Below are positions 10,453 to 22,084 of a DNA stretch of 64,000 bases, one piece after another. This stretch comes from Lingula anatina. Its lineage: Eukaryota; Animalia; Brachiopoda. Position 1 is the stretch's first letter; each line of letters starts with the position of its first letter. Made by a program: the position numbers and the translations under genes. The stretch lies in the NCBI GenBank assembly GCA_051362555.1, contig CM120640.1, positions 40,402,788 to 40,466,787 of the forward strand, in the 5' to 3' direction. The notes under the pieces were generated by a model. It was not told the DNA's origin. It worked only from the letters and a program-made list of their open reading frames with translations, and did not search any database.

Positions 10453-13400
10453 TTAAACTTGTTTTAGGTGTTTATTTGTCATCAAATTGAATGAATTCTT
10501 AGTTGAGTAAAAGATATACACATACGAATAACTGCAAACTGAAAGTTTTTAGTAGTCCTACAGGGAAAGTTAAATGGACAAGACCTCTGTATCAAAATAA
10601 GATGAGTTTAACGATTGTCTGACAAATATTAAAAAAAACAAAAGTACATTTGTAATATAAAATCACTGAACAAGCATGGCCTAAAATACTCGTTAGTGTT
10701 AGTGTTACGAATGAATTAATAAAGTTTGGGGACAATAAAAGCACAATCAAAATTTTGTTTATTTTAGCTTAAACTCTGGTAGATCCTTACCAGATTCCAA
10801 CTGATTAAGAGTGGTCTTTTTAAAAAAACGGTAAATGTATCTTTAAGGTAAAATGTATTCTTTCCTTTGTATCTATTTTATTTAAAATACATATTATATT
10901 TAATATTTTATTAGATCAAATAGTTATTTTGGTATACCTTTTCCTCTCAGACCTTTGCATTTAGAATTGTCCAATACATGACTATTCGGACAAATTGGAA
11001 TGATGAACCTTTAAACATCGGATGCGATATTTAATTAGACAAAAAGCAGAAACTCTAATACTCTAATAAGTAATGTCCAATTAGTCTGTGCAAATGTAGT
11101 GGAGGAAACTGTATATCCCTCCGTATATCCCCCTTACTCCAAAGGAGCCAAACCTCTGCATTAACATAACAATAGACAGGTGAGCGAACTACCTGTCTAA
11201 ACCAATGACATCGCTGAGAGGACACAGTATCAGGTCTTGGCGTTTTCTTTGACTAGGGGTTTTATAGCACTTGTGAGTGATCAATAAAAACATATGTCAA
11301 TCAGACGCTAGCCAAAATATCCAATTTAATTAATTCTTCTATCAGATCATTTAGGCTCGCCTTTCTTTTGAAAATAATTACGGCAGAAACCATTCAATCC
11401 AAATGCACCAACCCTGATGCAATTTACATAACAATAAGACGCTCAGCGTAATGCGAGTTCTCATCCTAGATTGCCACTTTGACAGCTGGACCCTGTAAGA
11501 AGAAGACGCAGGATACGTGTGGCGAAGTCGCAAGGCCAAACTTTCATTGAAGCAAATGTCTCTCGTAAGTAATACATTTCTTATGCAACCAAATGTTGAA
11601 AGCGTTTGTCAGTGAAACGTAGTTACGTCTAAGGTGCTCAATTCGATAGTTCGGTGTGTAACCTGTATGGCTAGGAAACCTTGTTTTGTATTCGCATTTT
11701 TGTGGAACGTTTCTTACATCAACACCTTTACAACTTTTGTTCATGTTTATGAAATTCAAGTTACCATGGGGTATCCTTACATTTCCGCGTGTTTTAAATA
11801 TCATGTCGCCGGGTGGTTCTTTAGATTTGGAAAAAGCTGTACGGTGACCGTCCTTCAAATAGGCCTACTTGATGACGAGCTGTTAGACGCACATAGGAAT
11901 CTGTTTTCATAGGTGTCGCATTGTAGTGCGCAGAAACTTTCACCTGTATATAGAGACATTTCATCATGTTGCTCATGATTCTATTTGAAGCTTGTCAGTA
12001 ATCCACTTTAGTAACTGGTCTGCGTCAAATGGCCTTTTATTTTCACTGAGTGCCATCTTTTTGCTCCCCAATATTGTAGTTAGTATCCCCCCCCACCCCA
12101 TCATATCTTGTTTACATTCATGATCATAACATCAAATTTTGCCATTTCGATATATGACAATTTCGAACAAAAACGAAGCTTCGGCGAGCCTGTGAGCATT
12201 TGGGCACATCAACTGGATTTTAAAATCTTAACATTTGGAAATTTAAAATTAAATTAGCGAAGTGAGGGTGGGGTTCTTACTTTTTATTAACTGTCATAAT
12301 GACACAAAAATGACTTGATATCTATGGGGTATTTTGCGTTCTTCATTGTATTTTTCCTGTCCGTTCTTTTCAAAGTGTAAGAGATAACCCCCCTTTTGCA
12401 AAGCCCTTTTAATTTGATTAATTTAAATACTATTGTTCAGCCAGTGTCAATAAAAATTCTTTCAACAATAATGAACCATTTCAATTACAGTTTATTTTGT
12501 TTTAGTTTATATTTAATCAACATGAAATAGTGGGTTGCGTTATTAACGTTATATTTTCATATTTCAGGACTGCAGTTTCCTTCGCCAACTGTATTTTAAT
12601 GGGCATTCGCCTGACAGAAGCTTGCCAAGCCTCATGCTGTATTTAGGAACCGGACATGCACCTGCATATACATCTACAAACGTGCACTATGCATACACTT
12701 ATTAAGTATTGATCAGCAATATAGTAAACATGATGCGTGGTATGTCTATGAGTTTTGAAAAAATTAAGCCTGTACACATTAGGCCTAAGTATTTTCATAT
12801 ATGCAAGTGGTACAATGAGATTGATCATGATCTTTTCCAAACAGTAGCTACGTAAGTTTTTTTTAATTTAAAGGTAAAAGTGCATTTATACCATATTGCT
12901 GGTCAAATTTCGAGAAAAATTATTCAAGTCGAGCAACTGCTAGATTACTTGTCGTTTACACTGTGGAATTCAATTCAGATGCGTCCATCGCAATTCAATA
13001 TTGTTATATAAACTTGCAAAGGTCAAGCGACTTTAATTTCACCTACTCTGAATAAAATGTAAGTTTTTGATTTGATCTACGCGAGGTATAGGTACTGAAG
13101 AAAAAAATGATATTCATATGCAAGTGACTTTTATTCTTTGGTCATTTTCAGTGCTTGCTGAAAAACACGCCTTGTATAAATTAAAAGATCGAAACTTATC
13201 CAAGGTATTATGCCACGAAATGTGAACTTCAGTGAATTGTGGAACTGTTCATTTTTATATACGATTTCCTTTAAATTATTTTACCTCTAAAAGTGCATAA
13301 TGATCCTCGATTACTTTATCCGTGGTAGATAATATTACTAAACATCCCAGAAAAGACTATTTTTCTTTAACCAAGTTTGATTGAAGTTCGGCACAAATTT

Positions 13401-14350
13401 TTTTAGACATTTTCCCCTTTCAAATAAAAAGTTGACCCCAGTACTGGTAGATACTTTAATTCAAATATAAATTGAAAGTGGACGGATTCCAACACGAAAT
13501 TTGGCTTTATAAGTCAACATTTTAGATTTACCCGAAACTGAATTTAACAAATCGGAAAGAAAAATAATATTTATCTAATTTTTTTCTTTCTTTATTATTT
13601 GCCTTGGAGCAGAAAATTCAACTGCCTTATGCACAAAGAATGACGCACCGATTTTTCTTCAATCACCAGCTTGTATGCAAGATTTTATAAGCATCTTGAA
13701 TTTCGATGTCCATCTAGTAATCTTCAGGATAGAAGCCACATTTCCTGAAAAACGTGCTCAAATATAAGGTTATAAAGATCTTTTATTATAAATTTCGACC
13801 ACAAACCGTCGTATGAATATGTTACTCCAATATTACTTGAAAAGTGATGTTGTACTTTAGAACGAAATTGATGATAAATGGAAATGCAATACCTTTGCTA
13901 TTATTGCACAATACAAGATGAATGTAGTTTTGTAAAATTTATAAATGTACCTGTTCAGAGTCTTTGGAAATATAAATGCTGGATTTTTTATACTGAAAAG
14001 TGTACATATCTGCATACTTTTCAAATCATTAATGGAAATAGATGTTGCATTCAATTTTTCGTTCACACAGTACAAGTAATTAATAAACATTCAAAAAGGT
14101 GCATTTAAGAATGATTTTCACATAATCATCTGAAAAAATTGCTTTTTTACAATGATTTTCCCTCCTGTTGTAATATGTTCTTCAATAAACTATACTTTAA
14201 AAAAGCTTTGTTTTATTTATAAATGTGCGCAGTGTAATCGCATTATCTTGAAAATAACTGGGGGTGAGGTTCCATTAAGTTCGAGGGTAAAAGTTGTTGC
14301 AAGTTAACTACATTTTATGGTTGATAATCGGGACGAGTCCAAAATATTCA

Positions 14351-14860
14351 AGGGGTGTCAGGTGGGGCGCGTCCATTCTATCTGAGGGGTGACAGGTGGG
14401 GCAAGTTCATTCCATTTGAGGGGTGTCAGGTGGGACGAGTCCATTCCGTTTGAGGGGTGTCAGGTGGGGCGAGTTCATTCCCTCTGAGGGGTGTCAGGTG
14501 CGGCGAGTCCATTCCATTTGAGGGGTGTCAGGTGGGACGAGTTCATTCCATTTGAGGGGTGTCTGGTGGGGCGAGTTCATTCCACTTAAGGGGTGACAGG
14601 TGGGAAGAGTCCATTCCATCTGAGGGGTGTCAGGTGGGACGAGTTCATTCCATTTGAGGGGTGTCAGGTGGGGCAAGTCCATTCCATCTGAGGGGTGACA
14701 GGTGGGGCGAGTTCATTCCATTTGAGGGGTGTCAGGTGGGACGAGTCCATTCAGTTTGAGGGGTGTCAGGTTGGAAGAATTCATTCCATTTGAGGGGTGA
14801 CAGGTGGGGAGGCTCCATTCAATACGAGGGGTGACAGGTGGGGGAAGTACATTATATTCA
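14351..14860. repeat. 34-bp G-rich minisatellite, 15 copies, consensus AGGGGTGTCAGGTGGGGCGAGTYCATTCCATTTG
   Basis: Units start at 14351, 14385, 14419 ... 14827 with an exact 34-bp period and no unique spacers. Confidence 0.96.
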
Positions 14861-17800
14861 ATGATTGAGAAGGGTTTCATTTGCATTGGTGGGTATATGT
14901 CAAAACAAAAGTAGTATGTTTGTATTTAGTTTATTTAAAGAAATTTCACAAAGAAGTACATTTAAAAAGAAAGCTCAAAATTCAAGTACTATGTAAATTT
15001 ATTTTTTATTATTTACAGAATAATAACTTTGAAAACTATATTCAATGTCAAGTGTCAAATTACAATATACTATAAAAATTCCAAGAATACAAACGCATCA
15101 CATTAGCTCATGTCCATAGCTTAGTCATTTTTTCAAAGTTAAATAAAGAACTGCCCAACAAGGCTAAGGAATTAGTTGGAAAATGTTATAAATATATTTC
15201 ATATTATAAATGAGAAGTAGGTTTACCTACACTTTGAAAAATTAATTCGACATACCACCAATTTAAGTGTCATGGGTAAAATCACTTCCTCTGGTTCTAC
15301 ACTTTGCCTTACATTGTTTGTACAAATTTTATGCATTTCACTTTAAATTCATTTAACATTGTTCGTCTGAAGTGCAATGACCAAAATTCTACCGACAATA
15401 GGGAAGCATCAAATATTTTTGATTGTTAGAGAGAGGCCATTTCTTAACCAAATTTTCAATATACTTCAATTTGTGACAAAACGTGGTAAAGATAATAAAT
15501 CATCATTTCAGTAATTTTATCACCCGTGAATGATGCTCAAATTTATTTGATTTCTTAAGCGAGGCCTTTCACCTTGCCCTGTACAAATATAGAGAGCACT
15601 GTTCGACGCAAGTCATAATTAGTGGTTATGCAATGCCAAGGTGATGCTGGGGCTCATTTCCATTTCATATGATTGTGCTGAAGTACATTTCTATTTCTGA
15701 CTTTTCCTGCAAAATTCGATAAAATTCAGATAAATTTTATTTTATTTTCTTTTCCTATTTCAGAGAAGTGTTGGAACATAATCTAAAACCAAACGCAAAT
15801 AATATACCCTATGTAAAATGTTGACACAGGAAATAGAGAGATTCATCAATAGCAAGGAAAAAGACCAAGAGACCAAACATGTCTTCAGTGGAAACGGATC
15901 CCTCAATGAGTGACTTATATTCAGTATCTGCAAAGAAACATGGAATAATCAGTTAAAAAAAGAGAGAGAAGTACATAAGTTGCAATCGAATGGTATGTAA
16001 AGCAATGGTTAAGGTAAGAAGTGAATTAAAATTTAAAAATCTGCCTGCTTAAACTAATAAGAAATTACCAAAATGTTTTTTTAATGATTATGATTAAATT
16101 TAAAAATGGCTTTTAAAGTCCATTTATGTCTTTTTAATCTAGTTTTGTTAACTTTACGTGTTAACGTCGGTGTAAACACAAACTAGGGTACTCACAAGTG
16201 GTGCTCATGCCGGTTGTATACATAGGATTCCATATGCAAATAACACTGTCCAGACTGTCCTCATTGTAGTTTTCCTCCACGCATCAAAAAGTGGCTGAAA
16301 AAAAAAGAAATAGTAAAAACAAAATAAAAAAACTACCAAAATGATTAAAATAATCCTTTAAGTTTCAAATGAGTAGTTGTGATAGATGTACAAGTGACAC
16401 ATTTACTGCAATATTTTTAAAAAATTAAAAATTAAAAAATAAGTCTGATAAGTCGTTGAAGGATTATTCTGGACTACACCCCTGACTTGGTCACTCTACT
16501 AATCGACTTTTTATTAAAAAGACCTGTTTATGAAAAGCAGAGGTTTTCAATTATATATTTTGGCGGATTATATGGCCTTTATGTGGTCCACACGTGAATA
16601 TTGCACTTTCACAAATTGTAAGAAAAAGGCATAAATGTCAGCAATAAACAGATCCAGTGAACTACTTGTCTTTATTTCTTCGTTATTATAGCCCTTGCGC
16701 AGTATCCCCTTGAAGCCCGTGAAGCTCAGCTTGTTTTATGATTAAAACACAAAATAAAAGACATCTTGGATCCAACAAGATTTTATTAGGTCCTTTAGTA
16801 GACATTAACCATGTGCTCTAACCAAGTAAATGGATGTAATCATATGCTTTGACCATGAACACATTTGAATTCGAAGAGAAATTCTACAAGATAAAGGTGT
16901 CGACTTTTCAGTAAAAAGAAAATAAATTTTACCATTGGTAAGCACGACACGACGTCAATATTTAAGTCTTTAGACTTAAATATTTTCAAATTTAAAATTT
17001 GTAAAGGAAACAGTAATGTAAAATCTGCCAAAGAGCTTTACAATGGCGGGAGATGCATTGAGGAAAACGAGGTTTCAAAATTGATCTTAAAATAAGTTTT
17101 GGCTGAAAGCGTCATCTGTCCTTTGCACGAATTATTTACGAAATATGTCCAGAAATTGTTTGGAAACGTTTTGCTGATCGTTACTCTTGGTCTTATTTCC
17201 GACTGGTGTAAAAATGTACGATAATAGACTATTTTGACATAATGCCCAGAATATGTGTTCTATTCGTTACAATAGCTTATTATATGGAACAAAAGGAGAG
17301 TAAAACTAGTGAACAGCATGAAAGGCCTAAAACTGAGGCAAGAATGAATGTCTTACATGTACAATTGGGTCTACATCACATGTTATTACTCGAGATACAA
17401 ACATTATCATTACCAGGATTATTGTACTTTCATGTCATAAGTATGAAACAGACAGTATTACTTACAACATACTTTCGGTAGTACAAATAACACTCTTTGG
17501 TAAAATAAGCGCCCATATGGAAGGGGAAGCCATGCTATCCAACAAGAATCTTCTTCGCCGCCTGCAGTGGGTGCAGCTTTAGTACCTACTGAGTACCGCT
17601 CACGTAATGGTCACCTGTCCGACCTGCTTTGCATAATAATAATAACACTCAGTCCGCATTTCTTCGGTATGAGGCTAACCAGAAATGACCAATTTGGATG
17701 TTCCTATTCCGTTTATGCACAAAAGAAATGACATTATTGCTCTCTATCTTATTAAATATTGGTTCTATGTTATACGAAGTCCAAAGTCTGAGGCTTAGCT

Positions 17801-18554
17801 GCGTGTCTTTTTAAAAGAATTTATATTCACATTATTATTTCAGCGGGATTATTTTGCGTCTGAGTGCACATTGAGTGTAGTTTAGTCGGTTCTCTCTGTC
17901 TCTAATCTATCTATTTATCTATTTTACAGCACTAAGCACATGGTACAAAATAAAAGAAAAGTGAGACTCAATCGCAGTTGTTTTATAATCTAGATATAAA
18001 ATAAAACCCAAACTCGAAATTAAAGATGCACGGAGTGTGGTTTTCCCTCTAGAGAATTCATACTTAACGTATTTTCCTGGGGCAATCAGTGATTTTCTTC
18101 CACGTAACCTAATTAGATCCTTCATTTTTTCAAAAATTCCGAAATAACTTTGAAAACTGACGTCCGGGTTGTGTGACAGGTGGCGACATTCGTCAGGAGG
18201 TGATTTTAGAATTTAAAAATTTTGATGACATTATAATGAATTAAAATTCAAAGAATACTATCTGTTAAAATGTTCAAATAATATTATTTGTCCACAGACC
18301 AGGTTGACAATAGTGGTTAACACGTGGTTAAATCCTTACTCTTTATCTCCGTAAATAAAATAGCATTTGAAATCTAAAATGTCTCAATGAGATGATAAAT
18401 ACTACTATCAGTCGAAATTCTAATATTAATGGGCTTATTGACTAGAGGATAAAAGAGAAAGTTTTTATCATTATGATTTAGCTCTTCATTTACTTAATTT
18501 CATTTTTATTTTTATTTTTGTACCCTTTAAAAAATAATAACAACATTTCTTTTT

Positions 18555-18640
18555 ATTTGTGACGTCAAACTAAACGCTTTCTACGACACAAGAAAGCTGT
18601 TGCGTCACTAAGCCGCGGCTTGCGTTACCATAACACTGTT
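18555..18640 (+). promoter_or_regulatory. Probable promoter of the kinase-like gene (CRE and RFX-like motifs)
   Basis: Perfect CRE TGACGTCA at 18560-18567, TTGCGTCA at ~18600 and GTTACCATAAC at ~18624, in a locally CpG-rich patch ~70-150 bp upstream of ATG18708. Confidence 0.45.
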
Positions 18641-18707
18641 CAAACCCGCAGTATATTCACGCGTATTGCAGTGCAGCAGTGAGAAAAAAATTCAGAGATT
18701 GTTTACA

Positions 18708-19407
18708 ATGCTTACCTTATCTAGACTTCAAACTGAGTTGGATGACAGGGCAGCTACGCCAGCCCCGGTTAGTGTTTTCTTTTTCATAATATCAATTAAC
18801 CGCTGTGTATGTTACGATTTTTAAAGTTGCCCTGGCGTATGAGGATGTATGCTTTATAAAAGCATTCATGTTAAACTGTTCGGCATTCGATAGCGGAATT
18901 TCATCACAAAACGTCATCATACAAAAATATAAAAACTGAACCGTACAGTGTTATGTAAATTTTGAATGAAATTCAATAAAATTTGACCAAGGAGTTATAA
19001 CAGATATAACTCCTTGATTTGACCAATATCGAAATGTGCTTACTCCCTTTTCTTTCAGGCGCAGCCAAGTTTTTGGAAAGAGTTTAGGCGACGTATGAGA
19101 TATCTGTTTTGTTGTGGTGCAAACAACAACCGTCTTGAGCCAGATTTTACTGACCTTAATGAAGTCTATGTTCCTAAAATGTATCCAGACTGGTTGCCGC
19201 TGGAGCAAAACCAAAGATATCAGAATAACAAGCAGCGCCTTTATCAAGCAGTAAGTACAACACAAAAAATACTTCTCCCCGCTCTCATTCACCTCCTCTC
19301 TCTCACAGGCACGCGCGCGCGAAAAAATTACGACACCTTTTCTAAGTCATCTTCTTTTCTTTTTGTAAAAACCGTTGACATCTCTTATCAACTTGAAAAA
19401 CAGCAGA

Positions 19408-19439
<32 letters not shown>

Positions 19440-20405
19440 CAGGCATATGAGAACATATGCCCAGCAGACCACATAGTCCTAGAAAGAGACAAGCGTGGAG
19501 AGTTGGTTCAAATAGGCAGTGGTCGTTATGGAACTGTGTTTCTGGCTAGATATAAACCGACTGGAGATTATGTCGCTGTGAAGAGATTCAAAAGAAACAA
19601 GTCATCTGAGATACACATTCGCAGAGAAGCAGCCTTTCTCGACATCCTACAAGAAACCAAATTGTGCCCAAAGTTCTACGGCATACTTGAAGAGAAGCGT
19701 CAAAGCACCAGCAAGTTTGCCAACCTATCTATTGTTATGGAGCTGGTGCGACTCAAGGAAAACACAAAACAGTGTTTTAACTTGAAGAGTTTCGTGCAGA
19801 CCCAGTTTGCTCGTGGTGGCTTGACGACCAAAGACTGGTTTAACTTCAATATAGAGCTGGCGCAAGGTCTCATGGAAGTCCACGAGGTAAGGTGGAGTTT
19901 GAAAAATACATTTATCAAATGTTTTACACCAAGGGATATTTTGCAGTTAATACGAAAACGAATATTTCACCTACTATGTTGTTGGTGATAATTCGATAAT
20001 TTTTCCTTTCAGCGTGGCATTTGCATCCTAAACCTGAAGGATGAAAATGTAATGGTGTCAAGGGACAGCGAGGGCGCCATTCACCCACGACTGGTAGACC
20101 TTGGCGGCGTCGTGTTATTGGACGACGACAACCCTATCGTGCCACCGCAGACATTCACAGAGAGGAAGTTGAATATTTTCAACAAAAAGCGACCTAGTCT
20201 GGCCCCTGAGTTATTTAAATCCAGTAAACCTACTGCACAGATAGACATTTTTAGTCTTGGATGTATCTTTGAAGATCTCGGAAAACGAGAGATGATGTGC
20301 GATTTGACGGAGCTCGCCCTGTGGTGTACGACTAGCGATCCTTCCCTGCGTCCAACGTTGGCTGTTATTGTGAAAGAGTTGGGTGAGCTTGCGGTTAAAC
20401 TTTGA
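18708..20405 (+). CDS. Protein-kinase-fold protein, probable pseudokinase, ~362 aa; exons 18708-18767, 19059-19250, 19443-19886, 20013-20405
   Basis: All introns are phase 0 GT-AG. Motifs: IGSGRYGTV (Gly loop), VAVK, alphaC REAA, IVMEL hinge, catalytic loop ICILNLKDENV, LVDLG, LAPE, DIFSLG, DPSLRPT. Exon 1 is less certain than exons 2-4. Confidence 0.88.
19408..19438. repeat. (TTA)n microsatellite at the 3' end of kinase intron 2
   Basis: Direct reading; it produces the poly-Leu in the read-through ORF 19095..19988. Confidence 0.93.
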
Positions 20406-20466
20406 CATTAAGATAAAAACATCACGATCAGAGACAGGTGTGTGGAGCCAAACCGGTGTTCCGGAA

Positions 20467-20509
20467 GGAGCTCGCCCTCTGGTGTACGACCAGCGATCCT
20501 TCCTTTGCG
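20467..20509 (+). pseudogene. ~40-bp direct copy of kinase C-lobe coding sequence (ELALWCTTSDPS), in the 3' UTR
   Basis: GGAGCTCGCCCTCTGGTGTACGACCAGCGATCCTTCC versus GGAGCTCGCCCTGTGGTGTACGACTAGCGATCCTTCC at 20309-20345. Confidence 0.85.
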
Positions 20510-20648
20510 GAAGGACGTATATTGAATAATATACGTCCTTGCTTTGCGTAAGATAAGAACACTAGACCTACCATCTTTATCGTCATCATCATCATAATCA
20601 GTGTGTGTATGGAGCAGGAGACCGATGTTCAATGATTGTAAATTTTAT

Positions 20649-20694
<46 letters not shown>

Positions 20695-21550
20695 TTGCAT
20701 TAATAACCAGGCAAACACTCCAAGAAAGCTACTTACTGTTTTTCATAACAAATAATACAATGACATAGGCCTTCACATATAGAGGGCCGGCTGAGGTTCA
20801 CTACAGCTGGATTCAAAAATTTTAACTCTCTCCACACTTCTATAGATATTTTACAAAATGTATATATACTATAAATAACTGTTATCTGGTAAAATCATAC
20901 TTAATCTTTTTGGTTGTAATCAACAGCAACTTTCAATTTGTTTTGACAACAGATAGGCCCCTACGAAATTATATTCAGTAATCTAAACTTAATGTTTTTT
21001 CCAGTGTTTCATCTGTAAATCATTGGTATCTTGTACAAGTTAATGAAATATACTTTTTTCTTTGCTAAATTGCTTGTCTAAAATACCTCTGTAAAGATAA
21101 GACATGCAAGTAGGAAATGACGGGAGAGACCAAGTTGAATATTATAAAATATCCAAATTAGAATTTTGCCTAGTGTTGATATGTTTTCCCCAGAAGATTT
21201 AGGCCTAAAAGTTAATTATCCGCGTTGAAAATATCCCATGCCAGAGTCATAATTTCTATATCCACATATTCCACAAAGATACTCTCCCTTGAAAAACGAT
21301 AAAAACCTCTCAAAAAAAAGTAGGCCTACCCGATGACGTAGGCCTAGGCCTACAATACGCATTTTCTTGTGAAGTAGCCTTTACAGCTAAGAAGAAATGG
21401 CGGCATCATTTGACTACCCGCATACCGTGAAATGACTGGCCATGCATTTAAGACGAAATCGTTTAATAAGAAATGGTATAAAACGTCAAATCGTAAAATT
21501 AATTGTTAGAAATGGTAGGGCCTATAAAACATCGAATCCAGTAGGCCTAC

Positions 21551-21600
21551 CTCTTCACAGCGACGATATCTCCAGTCGGTTTATATCTGGCCAGGAACAT
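21551..21600 (-). pseudogene. ~50-bp inverted copy of kinase N-lobe coding sequence (MFLARYKPTGDIVAVKR)
   Basis: The reverse complement ATGTTCCTGGCCAGATATAAACCGACTGGAGATATCGTCGCTGTGAAGAG aligns to 19536-19585 (VFLARYKPTGDYVAVKR). Confidence 0.85.
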
Positions 21601-22084
21601 AACTATCAATGATTCCTGAGTAGGAAGAATTGGTTTTTATTCGAGGAAAATTCGATTTGTTGGGAAAATCCCAGACAGGATTCTTGTAGGCCTACATGTA
21701 GGCCTGGACCTACTTATTTAAATGTTTTGAAAATATGAAACGGGACTTACTTATATAAGACCTATAAGACCTACATGTAGCTTTTCTCTGGTATGAGATA
21801 GGCCTATTCTACCCAGAAATATTATTTTTGTATGATGTTAGTGTCCTCTATATAGGCCTAGCTAGGTCTATGAAGCTAAGCGCGATTTGCAAGCTTTTTT
21901 TTTTTTTTTTTTTTTTTTTTGTAGGCCTAAGATTTGGGTGCACATTTCAAACACACAAATGAAAAGTAAATGAAAGAATTCAAAGGACTAGTCTAATATC
22001 CAGAAGCAAAGAATCATGTAATGATAATCACACGGAAGATAGATCTTGGTTAGGCCTAGATTTTACACAGAGTTAAATTTCATA

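Noticed and set aside
12868-13460. Possible TTAA-flanked DNA-transposon remnant (a similar repeat-like stretch lies at 36740-37080)
   Set aside because: The termini are too degenerate to define TIRs by eye; a repeat library is needed.
14351-14860. CRISPR-like appearance of the 34-bp periodic repeat
   Set aside because: Units are contiguous with no unique spacers, there are no cas genes, and the context is eukaryotic.
16205-16207. In-frame TGA as selenocysteine in the minus-strand mini-ORF
   Set aside because: There is no recognisable selenoprotein context and no SECIS identified.
19095-19988. 297-aa single-exon kinase ORF as the real protein
   Set aside because: It reads through intron 2 and into intron 3 and lacks the C-lobe; the spliced model restores the full fold.
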